DNA of 34,925 nucleotides from Candidatus Woesearchaeota archaeon (GCA_018399355.1 JAGYOA010000004.1:1-34925), one strand, 5' to 3'; shown: positions 18,343-27,806, numbered from the stretch's first letter. Notes: generated by a model not told the origin, from the sequence alone. Translations and numbers: made by a program.

Positions 18343-19191
18343 TTACCTTATTTTTGTTATAATACTGCACGCATTGCAAATCTTGTTTTTTGACGGCTCT
18401 TCGCATATTTCGCAAAAAGATATTTCGCCTTGTTTTTCAAACTCTTTTTTTATATCAGGCAATATTTGTAAAAACCATTTTATTATGTTTTCATTTGTTT
18501 TTTTGTTTTTTCTCTGAAAATCAATCAATTCATTCCTTACTATCTCCCGGTAAGATGATTTTGCGTAGGGGCATCTTTCATATGCAACTGGAAATTTTTT
18601 CTTTTTTGAATAAGAGATAATCTCCTCTTCTTTGCAAAAATAAAGAGGTTTTACTCTTGGAACAAACTTTTTGCTTTTCTTTACTCCGCTTATTGGCCCG
18701 AGTCTTGACAAAAGCTCAATATTCCCCCTTAAAAGATTCATAAAAACTGATTCTGCCTCATCATCAAGGACATGGCCAGTTGCAACCTTGTCTGCCTTAA
18801 GCTCTTTGGATTTTTTATTTAATAGATACCTCTTTAATATCCCACATATTGTGCAGTAGGGCATATCAATTCCCTTTGATTTAAGAATTTTGTTTATCCC
18901 AAACAAAGTATGCCCAAACTCTTCCTTAAAAGAATACTCATAAAGCCTGATTTCGTTTTCCTTGCAGAATTTTCTCAGGTTTTCAATGTTTTTACTGCTT
19001 GACTCCCTTGCCTTTATTGATGGGTTTATTGTTATTGCATTTATATTATAACCTAATTTCTTTAATATATGGGCAAGAGTTGTGCTGTCCTTCCCGCCAG
19101 AGCAGGCAACAAGAACATAATCTTTTTTTGAAAATAGGTTATATTTTTTTATTGTATCTCTAACTTTATTTTCAATTTTTTCATAGGCCAT
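18343..19191 (-). CDS. TtuA/NcsA (TIGR00269-type) tRNA 2-thiolation protein
   Basis: PP-loop SGGKDS, CTICG, ATGHVLDDEAES, ERCPY and C-terminal CEIC...CNAC. The N-terminal zinc finger is absent. Confidence 0.85.
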   Translation of the reverse strand: MAYEKIENKVRDTIKKYNLFSKKDYVLVACSGGKDSTTLAHILKKLGYNINAITINPSIKARESSSKNIENLRKFCKENEIRLYEYSFKEEFGHTLFGINKILKSKGIDMPYCTICGILKRYLLNKKSKELKADKVATGHVLDDEAESVFMNLLRGNIELLSRLGPISGVKKSKKFVPRVKPLYFCKEEEIISYSKKKKFPVAYERCPYAKSSYREIVRNELIDFQRKNKKTNENIIKWFLQILPDIKKEFEKQGEISFCEICEEPSKNKICNACSIITKIR

Positions 19192-19281
19192 AATGATATG
19201 AATGAAACAATAGTTTATAAAAATGACCTTTTATTACAATAATTCTTATAAATTCTTAAATTTTAATTGTATTTCCTAAAA

Positions 19282-20397
19282 ATGGAAAAACAGCCAATAA
19301 CCAAAAAAATATCAGTTAATAATCTGCTTTACCAACTTGCAATAATCTGGTTTAATACGTGCAAAATAAAAAAACTGGAAGTTGAAGGAAAAGAAAACAT
19401 CCCTAATGAAGGGTATTGTATATTTGCTGGAAACCACGCAAGGCTTTTAGATCCTTTGGCATTTTACAGCAAAGTTCAAAAAAGGCCTTTTCTTGCAAGA
19501 GATGATTTTATAGATGATATAAGCCCTAAATTAGGAGGATTTGGGCCTAGGATTAACAAAAAGAAGTATGATGTAAACTGGGTGGTTAACTCAGTATTAA
19601 ACTATGTGTTTGATTCAATTCCAGTAAGAAGAAAAGGTATAAAGCCAACTCAATTAAAAACAGCAAAAAGAAAATTCAAGGAAAAAGAGTCTATTGTATT
19701 TTTTCCAATGGGAACAAGATCAACTACTGGCTCAATATATGATATATATAATTCTTCTGATGAGAGAACTCCTGGAAAATTAATTGACAGCTTACAGAGA
19801 ACAATAGGTGGGCCTGCTTACATAATTCCTTTTGCATTAAGCTATGATGAAATAATAAATTATGGAACTGTTTCAATAGGAAATCCTTTTCATATCCTTA
19901 CAGAAGGAGTAAAGGTAAATGATAAAAATCTTTTTTATGATAATTCTGTAGAAAAAATCATGGAAAAGATAGGAAAGCAGACAAAGATTTATAGTGACAG
20001 CATACTATCCACAATAATAACAAATGCCTGCAAAGACCTTGATGAAACAGAAAAATACCATATAAACACGGATGTTTTATCAAATGCATTTGAGGATTCT
20101 GTTTATGCAATAAGAGAAAACAAAGAAATAAACCTTTACAAAAGCCTTGAAGAAAAAGGATTCAGGGAAAAATGCTTAAGAAAGTTTATTGAATGGACAT
20201 GGGAAAAAGGAATTATTAGTTATATTGAGGGCAACATATTAAATATAAAAGAAATAAAGAGGTGGCCAGAAAGAAAAAAATTCCCTAAGAAAGATGTTAA
20301 TATGCTTTATTTATACAACAAATCAAAACATATAAATGGATTAGAGGGGATTATTTCACAGGTAACGAATGATTATAAATCTTCTTTAATTTATTAA
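19282..20397 (+). CDS. Lysophospholipid/glycerol-phosphate acyltransferase (PlsC superfamily)
   Basis: VEGKENIP, catalytic NH-x4-D (NHARLLD), FLAR, IPVRR, FFPMGTRS and IIPFALSY. Confidence 0.8.
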   Translation: MEKQPITKKISVNNLLYQLAIIWFNTCKIKKLEVEGKENIPNEGYCIFAGNHARLLDPLAFYSKVQKRPFLARDDFIDDISPKLGGFGPRINKKKYDVNWVVNSVLNYVFDSIPVRRKGIKPTQLKTAKRKFKEKESIVFFPMGTRSTTGSIYDIYNSSDERTPGKLIDSLQRTIGGPAYIIPFALSYDEIINYGTVSIGNPFHILTEGVKVNDKNLFYDNSVEKIMEKIGKQTKIYSDSILSTIITNACKDLDETEKYHINTDVLSNAFEDSVYAIRENKEINLYKSLEEKGFREKCLRKFIEWTWEKGIISYIEGNILNIKEIKRWPERKKFPKKDVNMLYLYNKSKHINGLEGIISQVTNDYKSSLIY

Positions 20398-21205
20398 TAT
20401 AACTAGAACTAAACCCAACAAGGGGCCTCAAAACCATTGTTTTAATCTCTCTCTCTTTGAAATTTTCAAGTGTTTCACCGATGACAACTGCCTTTGCATT
20501 ATTTTCTTCTGCAATCTCATCAATTTCTTTAACATCTTTTATTATCCTTAACTTTTCATTGCGGCCACAGGAAAACTTGTCAATAACTGAAATATCAGTT
20601 TTTTTCATTGAAACAGGAATAATTGAACATCCGCGCTTCATTATTAACAATGATGCAATCAATGAATTCTCATCCTCTATAAAAGAAACAACTTTTCCCT
20701 CACAACCAACAGGAAGCCCTCCTAAACCCTTTATTTTATCATTAAAAACATAGGCTTTTTCATTTATCTCAATTCCAAGATTAACATCATAATTTTTTAA
20801 ATCAACCTTTTTATTAATGTTTTCACATATAAAACCTCCAACTTTTTTTTCAATCTCAACAGAATTAATCTTAAAATTCTTGTTTGCGCGTTGTGCAGAA
20901 ACCCTGAAAGTCTTGAAATCAATATCTTCCAGAATTTCAAGGGCCTTTTTATTTATTTTATCAATATCTAAATCAACATTTGAAGAATAACTGAAGGAGG
21001 ATATTCCAAATATGTTTTTAAGAAAATCAGTTTTTTCATTTGTATAAATCAATATTCTTCCTCTTGGTTTTTCTATTTTTTCATAAATTATGTTTTGTTT
21101 TTTAAAATAATACTTTATATTGTCAACCAGATAGTTTTCAAACATGGGCCTGTTCTTTCCTTTTAACCCTATTTCAGAATACCTAACCAAAACAACATTT
21201 TTCAT
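20351..21205 (-). CDS. ThiI-like THUMP-domain protein with a degenerate PP-loop
   Basis: VRYSEIGLKGKNR-FE, THUMP motif TFRVSAQRANK, GLGGLPVG, and LRPLVG. SGG-DS is replaced by IEDENS. Confidence 0.82.
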   Translation of the reverse strand: MKNVVLVRYSEIGLKGKNRPMFENYLVDNIKYYFKKQNIIYEKIEKPRGRILIYTNEKTDFLKNIFGISSFSYSSNVDLDIDKINKKALEILEDIDFKTFRVSAQRANKNFKINSVEIEKKVGGFICENINKKVDLKNYDVNLGIEINEKAYVFNDKIKGLGGLPVGCEGKVVSFIEDENSLIASLLIMKRGCSIIPVSMKKTDISVIDKFSCGRNEKLRIIKDVKEIDEIAEENNAKAVVIGETLENFKEREIKTMVLRPLVGFSSSYINKLKKIYNHSLPVK

Positions 21206-21283
21206 ATTTTTAAAAAATTTTTTTGATTTATATTAGTTTGGTTTTGTCATATTGTGTGGTAGTTAATATTATACTCGACCACA

Positions 21284-21300
21284 GAAAAGTATTTATACTA
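21284..21300 (+). promoter_or_regulatory. BRE/TATA promoter for the long-leader 21525 transcript
   Basis: GAAAAG-TATTTATA; preceded directly by an imperfect inverted repeat at 21255..21283. Confidence 0.5.
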
Positions 21301-21524
21301 ATGTTGATTTTAACCATAAGTATGTTAGATATGGGACTATTTAAAGTGTGTAGAGTTTTGTTTAGTCCAATGTCCCATGTTATTAAGCTGACATCAATCG
21401 ACTGCTATAATAACAAGACATGGTAAGAACCCAACAAAAAACCTGGGTGCTTGCAATGTTTTGTTTTTCTAAAAATTTTAGATTATTGCAAACGCCCAGT
21501 AAAAACCAATAAAAGGTGGTAAAA

Positions 21525-21866
21525 ATGGAAAAAACAAGCTGGGAAGCAAGATGTCCTGTATGCAAGGACATCATAGACAATCCAATGTGTGAAGGATGTC
21601 TTGAAAGCGAGGTTGAGGAATGGCTTTCAAGCAAGGGTTTCAAGTATGTTGATATTTTAAGAAAGAGTATGCCCTATCTTGAAAGAGAAGACTCCAGCTT
21701 AAACTGCATAAAATGTGGTAATCCAGTGAATATATGTACCTTTTGTTTTATGAGAGAAGTGAAAGAGATAATAGAGGAAAAAATGCCTGAGCTATTGCCT
21801 GAGTTCAACAAGTTTTTTGGCTTTAGCTTGTGGAGAGACTACACAAAAATAAAGATTCCTGCCTGA
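21525..21866 (+). CDS. Small protein with four CxxC motifs (probable double zinc finger)
   Basis: CPVC, CEGC, CIKC and CTFC; AGGTGG RBS before the ATG at 21525. Confidence 0.75.
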   Translation: MEKTSWEARCPVCKDIIDNPMCEGCLESEVEEWLSSKGFKYVDILRKSMPYLEREDSSLNCIKCGNPVNICTFCFMREVKEIIEEKMPELLPEFNKFFGFSLWRDYTKIKIPA

Positions 21867-21870
21867 AGTG

Positions 21871-22350
21871 ATGGAGCAAAACATGAATGTAAATTACAGA
21901 AATTTGGATTTAAAAACAAACAGCAAGCAAGAATATCCTGACTTTAATAGTCCTGATACTATTGCAAAGATAGTAAACAATCTTATGAATGAAAAAAAAG
22001 ATAAGCTGTTTGAAATAAAAGGGTTTGAAAATGATAAAGGATACTGTATAAGCATAGGAGATCCAATGTATAATCATCCTGTTTTAATAAAAAATTTTTC
22101 AATAAAACCAACAGAAAATATAATGCTTTGTAACTTAAAGATGAATATATATGATAAAGGAAAGGATATTGAAAGGTTTTTTATTTCAGTGGATGGAAAT
22201 AAATATAACAATTTTGTTATGAATAAAATTAATAAAGGAATTGAAGGTAGAATTCAAGGAGAAGTTCCAAGAGGTAATCACACTATTCTTTGCTTTTTTT
22301 ATGACAATGCAAAAAATGAAACAATAGGAATATTAAATTACAAAAAATAA
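21871..22350 (+). CDS. Hypothetical protein
   Basis: ORF starts 4 nt after the upstream stop; no recognisable motif. Confidence 0.6.
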   Translation: MEQNMNVNYRNLDLKTNSKQEYPDFNSPDTIAKIVNNLMNEKKDKLFEIKGFENDKGYCISIGDPMYNHPVLIKNFSIKPTENIMLCNLKMNIYDKGKDIERFFISVDGNKYNNFVMNKINKGIEGRIQGEVPRGNHTILCFFYDNAKNETIGILNYKK

Positions 22351-22351
22351 G

Positions 22352-22555
22352 TTATTTTTTTAGCTTGCTTAATTCTTCAATAAGCTTCTCTGCATCAAGG
22401 TCATAGTTCTCGCATATTTGGCCGAGAGTAAGCTCATTCATCTCAAATTGGGCCATTGGGCAGCTTACACAAGGCACATCGTGCTCTGAAAGAACCTCAT
22501 TTGCTCCTTTTAATTCCATTATTTCCCCTAATTTTGTTTGTTTTGTTATTTCCAT
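22352..22555 (-). CDS. DUF1858-like small CxxC protein
   Basis: ITKQTKLGEI...VLSEHDVPCVSCPMAQFE...TLGQICENYDLD...LIEEL pattern. Confidence 0.75.
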   Translation of the reverse strand: MEITKQTKLGEIMELKGANEVLSEHDVPCVSCPMAQFEMNELTLGQICENYDLDAEKLIEELSKLKK

Positions 22556-22663
22556 TTTAATTTGAATTCTTTGGTTGTTTATATTTCTTTTGATAAAAAA
22601 ATAATCAAAAGGTTTATTAATTCAAACAGTAATTAAAAGTTATAAAATATTTGGGGTGGTAAT

Positions 22664-23401
22664 ATGTGGATATGGTTAGGACTTCTTGTTGTTTTTATTG
22701 CAGCAGGAATAAAGGTTGTTAATGAGTATGAAAGAGGAGTTAGGTTTACTCTTGGGAAATATTCTGGGGTTATTATGCCTGGACTAAGGTTTGTTATACC
22801 TATATTACAGACATGGCAGAAAGCTGATATAAGAACAAAGGCTATTGATGTTCCAGACCAGGATGCAATAACAAGAGACAATGTTTCTATAAAAGTGAAT
22901 GCTGTTTTATATTATAAAGTTGCCCAAGCAGAAAGGGCTATAATCCAGGTTGAGCATTATGGATATGCTGTTTCTCAGTTAGCCCAGACAACAATGAGGG
23001 ATGTTGTTGGAGAAGTAAGCTTAGATGATTTGTTAAGCAAAAGAGATTCTGTCTCATCAAAGATAAGAATGATTGTAGATAAGGCAACTGATCCATGGGG
23101 AATAAAAGTTGAATCTGTTGAGCTGAAGCATGTTGAGCTTCCAGAAAACCTAAAGAGAGTTATTGGAAAAGAGGCAGAGGCAGAAAGAGAAAAAAGAGCA
23201 GTGATAATAAAGGCAAGTGGAGAAGTTATTGCAGCAAATAACATGGCCAAGGCGGCAAAAACCCTTGCTACAGCTCCAGGAGCACTGCACTTAAGAACAC
23301 TGCAGAGCATAAATGATATAAGCTCTGACCAAAGCAATACAGTAGTATTTGCAGTTCCACTAGAAGCACTAAGAGCTCTTGAAAGCATGAAGAAAAAGTG
23401 A
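22664..23401 (+). CDS. SPFH/band-7 stomatin-like (slipin) protein
   Basis: EYERGVRFTLG, ITRDNV, LAQTTMRDVVG, PWGIKV, AEAEREKRA and ALHLRTLQ. Confidence 0.93.
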   Translation: MWIWLGLLVVFIAAGIKVVNEYERGVRFTLGKYSGVIMPGLRFVIPILQTWQKADIRTKAIDVPDQDAITRDNVSIKVNAVLYYKVAQAERAIIQVEHYGYAVSQLAQTTMRDVVGEVSLDDLLSKRDSVSSKIRMIVDKATDPWGIKVESVELKHVELPENLKRVIGKEAEAEREKRAVIIKASGEVIAANNMAKAAKTLATAPGALHLRTLQSINDISSDQSNTVVFAVPLEALRALESMKKK

Positions 23402-23410
23402 TTTTTGGGC

Positions 23411-23676
23411 TTCCAAAAGAAATAAAGGTATAATTTTTTTATTTTATTTTTTCCTTTGAAGTTTTCTAGTTAAATTAAAGGAATATTATAAAAAAGTATA
23501 GATTTCTCCTCTTCAATTATAAAACAAGAAAAACAGATTAGTATGGTTTTACCTATCCTAATATAAAAAATTTCCAGTGGAAATAAGGGGGTGTCATAAC
23601 AGTAAAAATTTCATATTTAAAAAACAAGCAAGCAAAAGCTTTATAATGAGGTTTTTCCATTTGAAATTAAGGGGGT
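23411..23676 (+). repeat. Cluster of ORB-like (origin recognition box) direct repeats upstream of mcm
   Basis: TTCCAGTGGAAATAAGGGGGT (23572), TTCCATTTGAAATTAAGGGGGT (23655), TTCCAAAAGAAATAAAGGT (23411), and a weaker copy at 23463, within an AT-rich 357-bp intergenic region. Confidence 0.75.
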
Positions 23677-23758
23677 ATAACCTTTTTAAAATATAGTTAG
23701 CTAAACAAAAGAATTTATAAAGAAGTTTTTTTATTGTTTTTTAGGGTAGGTAGTTAAG

Positions 23759-25777
23759 ATGGATGCTTCAGAGCAAATAAAAAGATTTTATAATTTTCTT
23801 GAAAAAAATTATCAGGATAAACTTCTGGAAAATATCAGAAGAGGGAAAAACTTCCTTATCATGGATTTTTCCAAGCTTTCTATGTTTGACCATGAACTCG
23901 CTGAAGAGATTCTTGAGCAGCCAGAAGAAACAATAAAGGCAGCTGAGATAGCAGTTGAGCAGTTTGAATTGCCTAGCCCCATAAAAAGATTCAGAATAAG
24001 ATTAACTAATATACCTGAAGACCAAACAGTTGCAATAAGACATATAAGAGCAATGCATATAGGAAAACTTATTGTTTCAAAGGGGATTGTAAGGCAATCC
24101 TCTGATGTAAGGCCTCAGACTGTATCAGCAAAGTTTGAATGTCCAAGCTGTGGCAACACAATTTCTATATTGCAGACAGGCCAAAAATTCAAAGAGCCAA
24201 CAAGATGTTCATGTGGAAGAAAGGGAAAATTCAGGCTTTTAAGCAAGGAGCTTGTTGACTCACAGCGTATTGTTGTTGAGGAAGCACCTGAATTTCTTGA
24301 TGGAGGAGAGCAGCCAAAGCGTATATCTGTTTTCTTAAGAGAAGACCTTGTAGAACCAGTAATGGAAAGAAAAACCACTCCTGGAAGCAAAATTTTAATA
24401 GCAGGAATATTAAAAGAGCTTCCAATTAATTTAAGAGAAGGGGGAACTTCAACAAGGTTTGATATTATTATTGAAGCAAATTATATAGAGCCAATAGAAG
24501 AAACATTTGAAACTATTGATATAAGTGAAGAAGATGAAAAAGAAATAATAAGCCTTTCAGAAGATCCTAAGATATATGAAAAGCTTGTAAAAAGCATTGC
24601 TCCTTCTGTTTATGGCCACGAAGACATAAAAGAGGCTCTTGTTCTGCAGTTAATGGGGGGAGTGAAAAAAGAAAGAAATGACGGCACAATAACAAGAGGA
24701 GATATGCATATCCTTCTTGTTGGTGACCCAGGAGCTGCAAAAAGCACCCTTCTTATATTTATGTCGCATGCAGCCCCAAAGGCAAGATATGTTGCTGGAA
24801 GAGGTGCAAGCGGAGCTGGATTAACTGCATCTGTTGTAAGAGATGAATTTTTAAGAGGATGGGCTCTTGAAGCAGGAGCAATGGTTCTGGCTAATGGTGG
24901 TTATTGTATGATAGATGAAATGGACAAGATGAGCACAGAAGACAGGTCTGCGCTGCATGAAGCATTATCACAGCAAAAAATCAGTATAAGCAAGGCAAAC
25001 ATACAGGCAACCTTAAGGGCAGAAACAACTGTCTTGGCTGCAGCAAACCCTAAATTTGGGAGGTTTGATCCTTATCAGCCAATTGCCCAGCAGATTGATT
25101 TGCCTCCTGCATTGATAAACAGGTTTGACTTAATATTCCCTGTAAGAGACCTGCCAAGCAGGGAAGTTGATGATAAGATTGCAAGCCATGTTTTAAATAT
25201 TCAGCAGAGTATGAATATAAGAGAGCCTGATATATCAATACCTTTACTTAAAAAATATGTCGCTTATGCCAAGCAAACCATAAAACCAAAGCTTACTGAC
25301 AGTGCAATAGAGGAAATAAAAAATTTTTATGTTGAGCTTAGGAATATGGGTACAGATGAAGAGGGAATAAGGCCAATCCCTATATCAGCAAGGCAGCTTG
25401 AGGCCTTAGTCAGATTTGCAGAGGGTTCAGCAAAGGTAAGACTGTCAAAAAAAGTTACAAAATCAGATGCAAAAAGAGCAATAAGAATCCTTAAATACTG
25501 TCTTATGCAAGTCGGTTTTGATTATGAAACTGGCCGCATTGATATTGACAGGATTTCAACAGGAATTCCTGCAAGTCAGAGAAGCAGAATAGTGCAGGTT
25601 AGGGAAATAATAAATGAGCTTGAAGGCACATTCGGAAAAACAATTCCATTGGAAGATATAATAAGCTCTGCCTCTGAAAAAGGAATAGAGGAAGCAGAGG
25701 TTGAAGAAATAATAGAAAGGCTTAAACGCTCAGGAGATATATTTGAGCCAAAAAGAAATTTTTTAAGCAAGCTTTAA
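23759..25777 (+). CDS. mcm: Replicative helicase MCM
   Basis: Zinc finger CPSC...CSC, Walker A GDPGAAKS, Walker B IDEMDK, AAANP, arginine finger NRFD and a C-terminal wHTH. Confidence 0.97.
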   Translation: MDASEQIKRFYNFLEKNYQDKLLENIRRGKNFLIMDFSKLSMFDHELAEEILEQPEETIKAAEIAVEQFELPSPIKRFRIRLTNIPEDQTVAIRHIRAMHIGKLIVSKGIVRQSSDVRPQTVSAKFECPSCGNTISILQTGQKFKEPTRCSCGRKGKFRLLSKELVDSQRIVVEEAPEFLDGGEQPKRISVFLREDLVEPVMERKTTPGSKILIAGILKELPINLREGGTSTRFDIIIEANYIEPIEETFETIDISEEDEKEIISLSEDPKIYEKLVKSIAPSVYGHEDIKEALVLQLMGGVKKERNDGTITRGDMHILLVGDPGAAKSTLLIFMSHAAPKARYVAGRGASGAGLTASVVRDEFLRGWALEAGAMVLANGGYCMIDEMDKMSTEDRSALHEALSQQKISISKANIQATLRAETTVLAAANPKFGRFDPYQPIAQQIDLPPALINRFDLIFPVRDLPSREVDDKIASHVLNIQQSMNIREPDISIPLLKKYVAYAKQTIKPKLTDSAIEEIKNFYVELRNMGTDEEGIRPIPISARQLEALVRFAEGSAKVRLSKKVTKSDAKRAIRILKYCLMQVGFDYETGRIDIDRISTGIPASQRSRIVQVREIINELEGTFGKTIPLEDIISSASEKGIEEAEVEEIIERLKRSGDIFEPKRNFLSKL

Positions 25778-25778
25778 A

Positions 25779-26465
25779 ATGCCAGAACCTCAAAAAAGAC
25801 AAATTGCGTGTAAGGTGCGCGTTTCAGACCTCACTGAAGGAGATTATATAAAAGAAGAGGGATGGAACCCTAATTATATTTTTACAAAAAAAGGAGAAAA
25901 AATATCAAGGGTAAATCTGATTGCAGCAGTAATATCTATAAATAATGAAGGTAGTTATAATTCTGCGGTTGTTGATGACGGCACTGGAAGTATTTCATTA
26001 AGGTCTTTTGAGGAAAATCAGCAAATAAAAAGTCTTGATGTTGGTGATGTTGTTTTAGTTGTGGGCAGGCCAAGAGAGTATGGTTCTGAAAAATATATTA
26101 TGCCTGAAATAATAAAAAAAATTGAAAACAAAAAATGGATTGATGTAAGAAAACTAGAGCTTGATATAGAAGAAAATAAGAAGAAAGAACTTAAAGAAGA
26201 TATAAAGGAAAAACAAGATACAAAAAAAGAAAAAGAATATGCAGTTGAAGAGATTGATGAAAACACAAAATCAGAAAATAATATGGGAAAAGACCATGAA
26301 ACTGTTTACAATAAGGTTAAGGAGCTGGATAAGGGCGATGGAGCAGATATTGATGAAATAATAAAAAAATCTAAATTAAGCAATGCTGAGGAAATAATAA
26401 AAAAGTTTATGATGGAAGGAGAGATGTTTGAGATAAGGCCCGGTAAAATAAAAATCTTAGAATAA
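25779..26465 (+). CDS. RPA2/RPA32-like OB-fold plus winged-helix protein
   Basis: SRVNL, VDDGTGSI and VLVVGRPREY OB fold, a charged linker, and the EGEMFEIRPG wHTH end. Confidence 0.8.
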   Translation: MPEPQKRQIACKVRVSDLTEGDYIKEEGWNPNYIFTKKGEKISRVNLIAAVISINNEGSYNSAVVDDGTGSISLRSFEENQQIKSLDVGDVVLVVGRPREYGSEKYIMPEIIKKIENKKWIDVRKLELDIEENKKKELKEDIKEKQDTKKEKEYAVEEIDENTKSENNMGKDHETVYNKVKELDKGDGADIDEIIKKSKLSNAEEIIKKFMMEGEMFEIRPGKIKILE

Positions 26466-27314
26466 TAAAGGAGTCACATAAACCTCAAGGAGAGCTGCGA
26501 ATAATAAAATTACTATTGCAATTATCACTAAGTTTGAAGTATCAAGAAGTATTTTCTCGTATTTTTTTGTTCCAAGGTCATGATTTATGACTGCTATTGA
26601 GATTACTGAGCCTGCTATTCCTCCAATAAAATAAGCTGCAATCTCTGGTATTCCATGAAGTGCGTATCTCAGTAAGCCAATTGGTACAGCGGCAAAATAA
26701 TGTGCTATTGATGTGTATCCTAGTTCTGCTGCTCTGTTGCTTATGTTTATTCTTATGAAGCTTCCAATTGCAGCTCCAATCACCGAGGCATTCCAGGTAA
26801 GAATGAATATTGCGCCAAGCCCGTATATGAAAGCAAATATAATGCAAAAAACCAAAACCTTTAGGTTATTTGAAAATATAGCCCAAAAAATATTAAGACC
26901 ATAATAAAAATTTCCTGTGACACTTGAGTTTATGCTTGCTATAGTCTGGCTTTGCACTGAAAATGCATGTTGGGCCATATCATTAGGAAGCAGGGCATAA
27001 GCCAAAGAGAATGTTATTACAAAACCAATAAAAAGAAAAATAAGAAAAGAAAGCACCTTCCAGTGTTCTTTTAACAGGGTTACCTCATCATCCACAACCA
27101 TATCTTTTTTTTCTTCTAATTTTATTATATTATAAATTAAAGGGGCGCAGACAAGTGCAGTTAAAAAAACCATAACCAAGCTAACATATTCAGCAAAAAC
27201 CCAATAACTTAAAAATAGTGCAACTCCTGAATATAACATTCCAATAAAAATCATGTGCCAAGGTTTTCTTTCAGCTGTAATAGGATTTATTATTGTTTCC
27301 AGAACCATATCCAA
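26457..27314 (-). CDS. SpoIIM-family membrane protein
   Basis: IFSNNLKV, WNASVIG, HGIPEI and AALLEVYVTP motifs. Confidence 0.85.
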   Translation of the reverse strand: MDMVLETIINPITAERKPWHMIFIGMLYSGVALFLSYWVFAEYVSLVMVFLTALVCAPLIYNIIKLEEKKDMVVDDEVTLLKEHWKVLSFLIFLFIGFVITFSLAYALLPNDMAQHAFSVQSQTIASINSSVTGNFYYGLNIFWAIFSNNLKVLVFCIIFAFIYGLGAIFILTWNASVIGAAIGSFIRINISNRAAELGYTSIAHYFAAVPIGLLRYALHGIPEIAAYFIGGIAGSVISIAVINHDLGTKKYEKILLDTSNLVIIAIVILLFAALLEVYVTPLLF

Positions 27315-27397
27315 TATTTTTTCTGTGAAATTTATATATGTTTTGTTTTTTGATTTTCAGATAAATTTATATATCAACCAGGGTTCCACTAAGTAAA

Positions 27398-27805
27398 ATG
27401 GATTATGAAGAAATGCTGAAAAAAGCGAGAAAAGAGCTTCCTGATATAAAAAAAAGTGAAGAAAGGCTGGAAATTCCTAAAGTATTGGGCCACATACAGG
27501 GGAATAAAACAGTTATATCAAACTTCCACCAGATAGCAAATGTTTTGGGAAGAAAGCCTGAGCATCTTTTAAAATACCTTCTTAAAGAGCTTGCCACTCC
27601 TGGAAGTCTCAAGACCAATGCCCTTATTTTGGGTAGAAAGATTTCTGCACGGCTAATAAATGAAAAAATTACAAGTTATGTTGAATTGTTTGTGGTTTGC
27701 CATGAGTGCAAAAGGCCTGACACAAAGATAGTAAAAGAGGGAAGTGTAACATTTATGAAATGTCTTGCATGCGGCGCAAGGCACCCTATAAAAACAAAAA
27801 TATAA
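27398..27805 (+). CDS. eif2b: Translation initiation factor 2 beta subunit
   Basis: GNKTVISNF, KYLLKELAT, CHECKRPDT and CLACGA. Confidence 0.95.
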   Translation: MDYEEMLKKARKELPDIKKSEERLEIPKVLGHIQGNKTVISNFHQIANVLGRKPEHLLKYLLKELATPGSLKTNALILGRKISARLINEKITSYVELFVVCHECKRPDTKIVKEGSVTFMKCLACGARHPIKTKI

Positions 27806-27806
27806 A

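Noticed and set aside
20351..20397. 47-bp convergent overlap of the acyltransferase and ThiI-like genes
   Set aside because: Short 3' overlaps are common in compact genomes and also occur at 1972..1986 and 26457..26465.
21320..21524. Leader as RNase P RNA, SRP RNA or tRNA
   Set aside because: It lacks the GAGGAAAGUCC P4 signature, the SRP helix 8 motif and a cloverleaf, and is too AT-rich.
21223..21643. ORFs 21223..21426 (+) and 21383..21643 (-)
   Set aside because: Non-ATG starts, no clear RBS and no motifs; they overlap a promoter, the structured leader or the zinc-finger gene.
27328..27374. Direct repeat AAATTTATATAT at 27328 and 27363
   Set aside because: Explained as the TATA boxes of the divergent SpoIIM-like and aIF2-beta genes.
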